DNA of 14,544 nucleotides from an uncultured delta proteobacterium (GTDB taxonomy: Bacteria; Desulfobacterota; Zymogenia; Zymogenales; Zymogenaceae): assembly GCA_963792965.1 (NCBI GenBank), contig CAWBYW010000023.1, positions 1 to 14,544 of the forward strand, written 5' to 3'. Both the position numbers and the translations under genes were made by a program. Shown piece after piece: positions 7,621 through 14,544 of this stretch. The notes under the pieces are model-generated. The model was not told the origin of the DNA. It ran no database searches and saw only the letters and a program-made list of their open reading frames with translations. The number at the start of each line of letters is the position of its first letter. Position 1 is the first letter of the stretch.

Positions 7621-8880
7621 GTGAAAGGGCTAAAGACACTTCTTCTCATACTCGGCCCCGGGATACTCTGGACTACGCTTGCCATCGGCGAGACAGACCT
7701 GGCCCTCTTGCCTTATGCCGGCTCCCTCTTCGGCATGAGTGTGCTCTGGATAATCGTCCTGGTGCACGTCCTCTATTACCCGAACTTCGAGTACGGACAG
7801 CGGTACGCCGTCGCCACGGGGGAGTCTCTGCTCGACGGCTACGTGAAGATAAAGTTAGGAAAGCCTATCCTCTGGTTTTTCCTCGTCGTCTCTCTTGTCA
7901 CGCCGCCCCTGGAGATGGCGTCGCTCGGGGGACTGACCGGATCTGCGCTCTACGCGGCGTTCCCGCAGGTCGGTTTCACTATCTGGTGCCTCATCGCCTT
8001 TTCCTTCACCCTCCCCCTGGTCCTCAGCAGCCGTTATAAGGTGATCGAGCGGGTCGCAAAGGTCCTTATTTTCATCATCGTCATTATCGCCCTTTTTGCC
8101 TTCTTTACCTCTCCGCCTCACCCGCATGACGTTATCGGCGGCCTTCGCCCGAACTTTGTGGCCTCGGCGGCCTTTATGTTTATCGTGGTGGCGGTGCTGA
8201 GGATGCCGACCGATCCCATTGTCTCGATCTTTGTGTCAAAGTGGGCGCAGGAAAAACGCAGAGAGTGGGGCGACGAAAAACACGTCCTCGCCTCATCGCT
8301 CAAAAAATCGATCTTCGACATGAGGATCGGCTTTATCGCTTCCTTTTTCGTCGCCGTAGTCTTTCTTTCGCTCGGGGCCACGGTCCTGAAACCGCTCGGG
8401 ATCGTGCCGGAGAATATCGACATCTCGGTAAAGCTCGGCCAGATCTATACCCACTCCTTCGGCCCGTGGATATTCCCGATCTTTATCATCGCGGCGTTCG
8501 CGGCTTTCTGGGGAACCTATCTCAGCGCGATGGACGGCATATTCAGGCTCTGTGGAAACGTAATCGAGCACCTCTTCAAAACGGCCCCGCGACAAACCAG
8601 GATCATTAGCAGCATCTATATTATCCTGGTCTCACTTACGGGTATCGTGACGGCTACGATCGTCCGGAAGCCGGTCGTTTTGATGCTCCTCGCCGTATCG
8701 ATGGGGCTGGTCTATTACCCGGTGATCTTCGGCATGAACATCTACTGCGTGACGAGACTGGTCGACAAGGAATTCCGTCCGGGCGCCCTCAACGTCGCCG
8801 TGGCTGTTCTGGGTTTTCTCCTCGGGATTGGCGCGCTCGTGCTCCTGCTTCTGGTGAGGGTCTTTAAGGTCTTCGGCTGA
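7621..8880 (+). CDS. NRAMP-related (APC/LeuT-fold) secondary transporter, paralog 1
   Basis: 'LGPGILW...AIGET', 'AG..FG.S.LW', 'E.G.RYAVATGESLLDGY', 'YK.IER..K', 'MP' in TM6, 'D.R.GF', about 11 TM segments. Lacks the canonical MntH DPGN/MPH motifs. GTG start is tentative. Confidence 0.82.
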   Translation: MKGLKTLLLILGPGILWTTLAIGETDLALLPYAGSLFGMSVLWIIVLVHVLYYPNFEYGQRYAVATGESLLDGYVKIKLGKPILWFFLVVSLVTPPLEMASLGGLTGSALYAAFPQVGFTIWCLIAFSFTLPLVLSSRYKVIERVAKVLIFIIVIIALFAFFTSPPHPHDVIGGLRPNFVASAAFMFIVVAVLRMPTDPIVSIFVSKWAQEKRREWGDEKHVLASSLKKSIFDMRIGFIASFFVAVVFLSLGATVLKPLGIVPENIDISVKLGQIYTHSFGPWIFPIFIIAAFAAFWGTYLSAMDGIFRLCGNVIEHLFKTAPRQTRIISSIYIILVSLTGIVTATIVRKPVVLMLLAVSMGLVYYPVIFGMNIYCVTRLVDKEFRPGALNVAVAVLGFLLGIGALVLLLLVRVFKVFG

Positions 8881-9050
8881 CAGGCCGGGCGAGAGTCCGA
8901 CGTTTGCCCCCGCCGCGGTATATAATAATCGGCTCCGCCGTCGCTTACCTGATGTTGTCTATCCGTGCGAACTGAATCCGACGACCGCCGGATAAACCCA
9001 CCATTCCCGATATATCGTTAACCACTCCGCTGAAGAATCGAAGATTTTTG

Positions 9051-9078
9051 TTGACTTATATCGCGTATCTGATATTAT
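9051..9078 (+). promoter_or_regulatory. Putative sigma70 promoter of the TetR-led unit
   Basis: TTGACT (9051-9056), 16 nt, TATTAT (9073-9078) with extended TG at 9070-9071, in an AT-rich island. Confidence 0.65.
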
Positions 9079-9084
9079 CCCAAT

Positions 9085-9105
9085 AAGTATAACTACGGTA
9101 TACTT
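9085..9105. promoter_or_regulatory. Putative TetR operator (inverted repeat)
   Basis: AAGTATA-actacgg-TATACTT, perfect 7-bp arms, immediately downstream of the -10 box and upstream of tetR. Confidence 0.6.
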
Positions 9106-9178
9106 TTTTCGCCAAAGTGACGAGGCTTCCGACAGAATCCACGGACCGATCCGTGGTCACGAAGGAGCGAAGAACCGC

Positions 9179-9874
9179 ATGACACACGCGACCCCACCGT
9201 TGCCCGACAATCCGCAGACCGAGACTAACCGCGAAAAGAGAAAGAGGCTCATCCAACAGCAGATAACCCGAGCCGCCGGGGATACGTTTCTTGAAAAGGG
9301 ATATCAGGCCACGACGATCAACGAAATCGCACAACGCGCCCGAATTACCAAGAGGACTCTCTATAAGCACTTCCCATCGAAAATCGCCCTCTATATGGAG
9401 ATGTTTGACCACTATCTGGAGCAATACTACACGAAAATCGCGGAGGCGGCGCGGCTTGACCTGCCCACCGATCAGGTCCTCTTCAGGCTGTTCGACGCTA
9501 TATATACTTTTACAAAGGAAAACGAGAAATTCATGCGCCTGTTCTGGATGCTCGATACCGACGAATATGAAGGGATCATCCCCCAACAATTGCGCGATCG
9601 GGTCAACAAGTGGAGCGTTGCGAATATCACGGAGGCGGTGGCCGTCGTTAAACGTGCGAAGGAAGAAGGCCTGATCATCGACATCTCTCCCGAGCTTCTC
9701 GTTCATGTCGTGTCGTCAATGAACAAAGGGATCTTCACCCACGCGCACAAAGAGCGAAAATTCAATATCGCCTCCGTCGATCCGGACATTCTCTATGAAA
9801 ATATCGTGGGGATACTGAAACGAGGGCTCATGACGGGCGCAGTCCGGATTAATGATATCGACAAGAAGCGGTAA
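9179..9874 (+). CDS. TetR/AcrR family transcriptional regulator
   Basis: 'I..AA...FLEKGYQATTINEIAQRARITKRTLYKHFPSK.AL' N-terminal HTH. AAGGAG upstream. Confidence 0.95.
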   Translation: MTHATPPLPDNPQTETNREKRKRLIQQQITRAAGDTFLEKGYQATTINEIAQRARITKRTLYKHFPSKIALYMEMFDHYLEQYYTKIAEAARLDLPTDQVLFRLFDAIYTFTKENEKFMRLFWMLDTDEYEGIIPQQLRDRVNKWSVANITEAVAVVKRAKEEGLIIDISPELLVHVVSSMNKGIFTHAHKERKFNIASVDPDILYENIVGILKRGLMTGAVRINDIDKKR

Positions 9875-9959
9875 GCGGCTCCGAGCATAGCCCTGAGACT
9901 GACCCTGCTCATCGCGGGCGCTCACCCCTACCGCGTCGAGCCGAATGAAGGAGAGAGGC

Positions 9960-10685
9960 ATGTACATCGATCAGGACCTCTGTAAGAAATGCGTAGACTG
10001 TCTTCCCGTATGCCCGGTCGGGGCCATACTCGTCAGAGAGAAGAAGGTGGTCATCGACTACGAGATGTGCGTGGAATGCGGCGTATGTAAAAGGCTCGGC
10101 ATCTGCCCGCAGGAGGCAATCAAACAAGTCGATGAGATCCCCTATCCGAGGATCATCCGGGCGGCCTTCTCCGACCCCATGCATCGCCACGAGAGCACCG
10201 AAGTCCTCGGGAGGGGCACCGAAGAGATGAAGACCAACGACGTGAAAAACGAGTTTACCGCCGACGTCGTCGGCTTCTCCGTCGAGCTGGGCAGACCGGG
10301 CGTGGGTGCGTACCTGAGGGAGCTGGATAAGGTAGTCCGGAAGACCGTCTCGCTCGGCGGCCGCTTTGCCTCCTATAATCCCGTACTTGCCCTCATGGAA
10401 GACAAGACGGCCGGCACGCTGAAAAAAGAAGTGCTCGGCGAGAAAGTGCTTTCCGCCATCGCGGAGTTTACCGTGCCGAGGCAAAAGGCCCTCGATATCC
10501 TGGCGGAGTTGATCGCCTTTATCAACGAAGAAGTCGATACGGTGGTGACGATCAGCCTGATCGTGAGACATGACACTGGAAGTTTTCACCCGTTCTTGCA
10601 CGAGCTCCAGTCCCACGGGAAGGCCCGGAACTATGCCCCCTACCCCAACGGCAAAGTAAATATCGGCATGGCATTGGTAAAGTGA
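9960..10685 (+). CDS. 2x[4Fe-4S] ferredoxin-domain protein with an uncharacterised C-terminal domain
   Basis: CKKCVDCLPVCP and CVECGVCKRLGICP cluster motifs in the first ~55 aa, then ~185 aa including 'GRGTEEMKTNDV' and 'ELGRPGVG'. Purine-rich RBS (GGAGAGAGG) before ATG 9960. Confidence 0.85.
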   Translation: MYIDQDLCKKCVDCLPVCPVGAILVREKKVVIDYEMCVECGVCKRLGICPQEAIKQVDEIPYPRIIRAAFSDPMHRHESTEVLGRGTEEMKTNDVKNEFTADVVGFSVELGRPGVGAYLRELDKVVRKTVSLGGRFASYNPVLALMEDKTAGTLKKEVLGEKVLSAIAEFTVPRQKALDILAELIAFINEEVDTVVTISLIVRHDTGSFHPFLHELQSHGKARNYAPYPNGKVNIGMALVK

Positions 10686-10693
10686 GGTGAAAT

Positions 10694-11317
10694 ATGACGC
10701 ATACGCTGGATAGAACCGGACTTTCGCCCGAAAGGCCGGGCGAGGAGATCGTGATCCTCTGCATGGTTCATTATAAGAATAAGGAAGAAAAATCCGACCA
10801 GATGCAGGAGCTTGCCCGGACCATTCTGAGCTATAAGCCGAACAATTTCATCGGGCTCCCCCTGGGCATCTCCGAAGAGTACCTGCTCCCGTTAGCCGCC
10901 CAGGCCGGCGTCGTGACGGCCGTTTTCACCGATAAAGAGATCGTTACCGAGCTTATCAAAGAGATAAAGTCAAAGAAACTCGGTATCTCGGTGGTCCTCT
11001 CGGGACTATTTACGGATGTTCGCGAGATATGCGAAGCGGCGGGCCTGAGCGAGCATACCAGCCACTACACCGCCGGCATATTCGGGAAGACGTCTCTCCT
11101 CCCCGATTACGTGACCCTTGAGATCCTCACCCAGTGCGGGCACGGGTTGGTTTCCCGCTACTATGTAAAGGACGTGGTACGGCGCATTAAGAAAGGCACG
11201 CTGACCGCCGCCCAGGGCGCGGAGCTTCTGTCCAAGCCGTGCGTCTGCGGCATCGTCAATAAGAAACGGACGGAAGAAATCCTTTTGAAATTGTCCGGCT
11301 CCGATCGCTCGTCCTGA
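10694..11317 (+). CDS. Hypothetical protein with CGHG and CxCG motifs (probable partner of the upstream Fe-S protein)
   Basis: 207-aa ORF 8 nt after the upstream stop with RBS GAGGTG; 'MTHTLDR', 'SVVLSGL', 'TQCGHG', 'PCVCGIVN'. Confidence 0.8.
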   Translation: MTHTLDRTGLSPERPGEEIVILCMVHYKNKEEKSDQMQELARTILSYKPNNFIGLPLGISEEYLLPLAAQAGVVTAVFTDKEIVTELIKEIKSKKLGISVVLSGLFTDVREICEAAGLSEHTSHYTAGIFGKTSLLPDYVTLEILTQCGHGLVSRYYVKDVVRRIKKGTLTAAQGAELLSKPCVCGIVNKKRTEEILLKLSGSDRSS

Positions 11318-11319
11318 TG

Positions 11320-11339
11320 AGAACGGAAAACACATCAAT
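11320..11339 (+). repeat. Left arm of a long-range inverted repeat (partner 14283-14302)
   Basis: AGAACGGAAAACACAtcAAT; the first 15 nt are the exact reverse complement of 14288-14302; 18/20 overall. Confidence 0.6.
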
Positions 11340-11409
11340 GATAGGCTGAGTCGCTATACTGATGCGATCTTCTTTTTTCACGGTGTCCCCTCTTTAATGG
11401 AGATGAGCC

Positions 11410-12672
11410 ATGTTGAAAAAGATGAAGAATTTTCTTCTCATTCTCGGTCCCGGGATTCTCTGGGCGACCATTGCCATCGGCGAAACACATCTTGCCCTGC
11501 TCCCCTACGCCGGCGCCCTTTTCGGGATGAGCGTTCTCTGGATCGTCGTCCTGGTCCACGTCCTCTATTACCCCAACTTCGAATATGGACAGCGCTACGC
11601 CGTCGCCACCGGGGAATCTCTGCTGGATGGCTACGGGAGGACGAAGTTCAGGAAGCCCATCCTCTGGTTCTTCCTCATCCTGTCTTTTGTCACCCCGCCT
11701 CTCTTGATGGCGTCGCTCGGGGGCCTGTCCGGATCGGCCCTCTATGCGGCCTTTCCGAAACTCGGTTTCAACACGTGGTGTTTCATCACCTTTGCCTTCA
11801 CCCTTCTTTTGATCCTGAGCGGCCACTATAAGGTGATCGAGCGGATTGCAAAGGTCCTCACCCTCGTCATCGTCGTCATCGCCCTTTTCGCCTTTTTTAC
11901 TTCTCCCCCTTCTCCACATGATTTTCTGAGCGGCCTTGTTCCGCAGTATGTGGCCACGGCGGCCTTTATGCTCGTCATGGTGGCGATACTGAGGATGCCG
12001 ACCGATCCCATCGTCTCCATCTTCGTATCCAAATGGGCGCAGCAGAAGCGCGTCGAGTGGGGCGATAACAAGGAAACCCTCGTCTCGTCGTTGAAGAAAT
12101 CCATCCTCGACATGAGGACCGGCTTTATTGTTTCGTTTCTGGTCGCCGCGATTTTTCTCTCTCTCGGCGCTACGGTGCTCAAACCCTTGGGCATCGTGCC
12201 GGAGAACATCGATATCTCCGTAAAGCTCGGTGAAATTTACACGCGTTCCTTCGGCGCATGGATATTCCCGATCTTCATCATCGCCGCGTTCGCGGCGTTC
12301 TGGGGCACCTATATGGGCGCGATGGACGGCATATTCAGGCTCTGTGGAAACGTCATCGAGCGCCTCTTTAATACAAACGAGAAAACGACCAGGCTCATCA
12401 GCAGCATCTACATCTCCGTTGTGGCCTTTGCGGGGATCTTGATGGCCACGATCATCCAGAGGCCGGTTGCCCTGGTGCTTCTGGCGGTGTCGATGGGGTT
12501 GATCTACTATCCGGTGATCTTCGGGATGAATATCTACTGTGTGACGAAGCTGGTCGATAAAGAGTTTCGTCCGGGCAAGCTCAACCTCACTATCGCCGTT
12601 TTGGGTTTTTTCCTCGGCCTGAGCGCACTGGTGCTTCTGATACTGGTGAGGGTTCTGAAGGTCTTCGGTTAA
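11410..12672 (+). CDS. NRAMP-related (APC/LeuT-fold) secondary transporter, paralog 2
   Basis: Aligns without gaps to 7621..8880 (about 95 differences in 419 aa by manual count). RBS GGAG 7 nt before the ATG. Confidence 0.85.
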   Translation: MLKKMKNFLLILGPGILWATIAIGETHLALLPYAGALFGMSVLWIVVLVHVLYYPNFEYGQRYAVATGESLLDGYGRTKFRKPILWFFLILSFVTPPLLMASLGGLSGSALYAAFPKLGFNTWCFITFAFTLLLILSGHYKVIERIAKVLTLVIVVIALFAFFTSPPSPHDFLSGLVPQYVATAAFMLVMVAILRMPTDPIVSIFVSKWAQQKRVEWGDNKETLVSSLKKSILDMRTGFIVSFLVAAIFLSLGATVLKPLGIVPENIDISVKLGEIYTRSFGAWIFPIFIIAAFAAFWGTYMGAMDGIFRLCGNVIERLFNTNEKTTRLISSIYISVVAFAGILMATIIQRPVALVLLAVSMGLIYYPVIFGMNIYCVTKLVDKEFRPGKLNLTIAVLGFFLGLSALVLLILVRVLKVFG

Positions 12673-12751
12673 GAGCCCGCGATAAAGCGGCTCGCAAGAG
12701 ACGAATGCGGTAGCGCTCACGGTACGCCTTATACAGGTGGGAGACGCTGAA

Positions 12752-14195
12752 ATGGGACCCTTTTTGGAAATCGCCCTCTGGGGCCTGGGGATCGTATTTC
12801 TCCTCGTGGTCGGCTCTATCATATCGTTTATCTTTTTTCAGGTTGCGTCGATCGGGGCCGGTTACCGGGCCAAGATGCTCTGCTCTTCCGTCTTTCTTAC
12901 GGACCGAAATCTTGGAGAGCATCCTCGCGGAAGACCTGGCGCCGGTCAATCCGCTGCTCCGCTTTGTTAAAGCAAAGATCGACCGGGAAAACAGATCGGT
13001 CACAGCCACCGCGTTCGGGATGGTCAAGAAGACGGCGGTCTATCGAGAGGGGATCGGGTGCACCCTTCTCCCGAATCCCCCCCATAAATTGTCCGGGCCG
13101 CCCGCTCTCTCTCTTCCGGCTCGGCGCGCCGAGGACCCCGATCGGATACCCTGGCCCCGGGGAAACCTGATAACCGACGAAGCGTTGCCGCCTGAGGTGG
13201 ACAAAAAGAAGCTTGCCGTGGCGCTGGATCATGCCTTCATGGAATCCGATCCGAAACACCCCGTAAGAACCCGTGCAGTAATCGTCGTCCAGAGGGGCCG
13301 CATCATCGCCGAGCGATACGCACCCGGCTTCACGGCTCAGACCATACAGCACGGATGGTCTATGTCCAAGAGCATCACGGGTGCGCTGGTCGGCATCCTG
13401 GTTGGGGAAGGAAGGTTATCCGTCGACCGCCCGGCGCCCGTCCCGGAGTGGGGCGCGCCCTCCGATCGCAGAGGTGCCATCACAATAAACGATCTGCTCA
13501 GGATGAGCAGCGGCATCGACTTCCACAACGATCTCAACCCGGTCGGACATCGACAGCTCACCCTCTTTGCAGGCATAGACGCCGCCGCCTACACCCTCAA
13601 GCGACCCCTGTCTTCCGAGCCGGGCACGGTATGGGACTATTCCAACGCAAACCCTCTGGTGCTGTGCCATATCATGAAGGGGGCCGTGGGGGGAGACCTT
13701 GCGGACTACCTCGCGTTCCCTAAGGCGGCCCTCTTCGATAAGATCGGCATGCGAAGCGCACTGATAGAGCCGGACCCCTACGGGACTTTGATCGGCACCA
13801 GCTTTTGCTGGGCGACCCCCCGGGACTGGGCCAGGTTCGGTCTCTTCTGCCTCAGCGACGGCGTCTGGGAAAGAGAGAGGATCCTCCCCAAGGGGTGGAT
13901 CGCCTACGCAACTACGCCGGCTCCCGCGGCACCGCTCAAAAACTACGGGGCCCTCTTTTGGCTGAACGCCGGCGCCGACCTCCCGACGCAGTTGATCGCA
14001 ACAAAGGAAAACCCGGAATACCCCCCGTTTCCAGGACTCCCGGCCGACGCGTACTTCTGCTGGGGAATATACGAGCAGCGCATCACCATTATACCTTCAA
14101 GAAGTATCGTGATCGTTCGAATGGGGCTCACCCATGAAGAGGGAGCCTTCCCGACGGAGGGTTTCACCCTCGACGTTCTGTCGGCGCTACACTGA
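12752..14195 (+). CDS. Beta-lactamase-related (class C/AmpC-like) serine hydrolase with N-terminal membrane anchor, frameshifted near 12911-12915
   Basis: The frame of ORF 12737..12970 gives a TM helix plus 'GAGYRAKMLCSSVF..DRNL'. The frame of ORF 12843..14195 continues 'ESILAEDL' and has SMSK (SxxK), 'LLRMSSG', 'PGTVWDYSN', 'RDWARFG' and 'YG..FWLN'. One extra base in CTTGGAG separates the two frames. Confidence 0.87.
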
Positions 14196-14282
14196 TAGGA
14201 GAGTCCGCTGAAGGCTCGATCAAACGGACCCGTCGCCTTTGTTGCCCCCGCCCTCGGCGTGGACGCCCTCGAGACCTCGGGT

Positions 14283-14302
14283 ATTCGTGTGTTTTCCGTT
14301 CT
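14283..14302 (-). repeat. Right arm of a long-range inverted repeat (partner 11320-11339)
   Basis: + strand ATTCGTGTGTTTTCCGTTCT; reverse complement AGAACGGAAAACACAcgAAT. Confidence 0.6.
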
Positions 14303-14473
14303 GCTTCCCTTTTCTCTTCTCCGGGCTACCAACGGTACCTGACAGCCCCCGTGTGTAAACCATTCCCTGATGAAGGAAGCATACATCGTGGAAGGTACAC
14401 CCACACGTAGATTCGGGGAGAGAGAAGAGTAATAAGCCGCAATCGCGGTCCCTGATGACTTTCGAAATTTCAA

Positions 14474-14501
14474 TTGACCCACCCCAATGATGTGTTATCA
14501 T
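14474..14501 (+). promoter_or_regulatory. Putative sigma70 promoter for a gene beyond the window end
   Basis: TTGACC (14474-14479), 16 nt, TATCAT (14496-14501) with extended TG at 14493-14494, in an AT-rich context. Confidence 0.55.
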
Positions 14502-14544
14502 AATAGTTGGCAACAGATATCGAATAAACAGCAAATAGTCCCGA

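Noticed and set aside
7611-8039. Out-of-frame ORFs of ~142 aa overlapping both transporter paralogs (also 11397..11831) and ending at the same position
   Set aside because: Expected from the duplication and from the scarcity of stops in this frame. The peptides are Arg/Pro-rich and less conserved than the main frame.
8921-8926. Isolated TATAAT (and TATACT at 11355-11360) as promoters
   Set aside because: No acceptable -35 at 16-18 nt spacing and no extended TG, so not supportable from sequence alone.
9892-9910. CTGAGA...ACCC resembling a TPP riboswitch
   Set aside because: Lacks the upstream GGG strand and the downstream ACCTGAT...TAAT...GCGTAGG half.
11335-12822. 495-aa minus-strand ORF (and similar ones such as 1428..2414, 4146..4922, 4780..5637, 9909..10616)
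   Set aside because: Antisense shadows of well-supported GC-rich genes with no recognisable motifs. The homologous antisense frame of transporter paralog 1 is broken by stops.
14197-14230. GGAGAG..CGCTGAAGG resembling a glycine riboswitch aptamer
   Set aside because: No downstream CTCTCAGG element; better explained as a simple hairpin (GTCCG/CGGAC) after the stop codon.
14436-14470. CTGATGA...GAAA resembling a hammerhead ribozyme core (also CTGATGA at 14367 and 11314)
   Set aside because: No stem II between CTGATGA and GAAA, and stems I/III do not close the core. The 11314 copy is just tandem stop codons.
14220-14534. 104-aa minus-strand ORF in the tail
   Set aside because: No recognisable domain or RBS, and it overlaps an AT-rich promoter region on the + strand.

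Overview
GC-rich bacterial chromosomal window with all credible genes on the + strand; no rRNA, tRNA, CRISPR array or transposase seen. (1) 1-6207: the 3' part of a tightly coupled catabolic operon: M24-fold metallohydrolase (frameshifted, 5' end outside the window), BKACE/DUF849 enzyme, SDR, FadR/GntR regulator, NAD-dependent epimerase/dehydratase, KDPG/KHG aldolase and a GPH-family MFS symporter. It ends at a perfect 32-bp palindrome. (2) 6343-8880: a sigma70 promoter, a Tat-lipoprotein Acg-type nitroreductase and an NRAMP-related transporter. (3) 9051-14195: a promoter with an operator-like inverted repeat, TetR, an uncharacterised pair (2x[4Fe-4S] protein plus a Cys-motif protein), a second NRAMP-related paralog (~77% identical to the first by manual count) and a frameshifted beta-lactamase-like serine hydrolase. 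(4) A non-coding tail with a long imperfect hairpin and a promoter pointing out of the window. Best leads: the TetR/Fe-S pair between duplicated transporters that differ at binding-site positions; the catabolic operon with altered active sites; and an 18/20 inverted repeat bracketing the last two genes. All family calls come from motif recognition by eye; no database searches were run.
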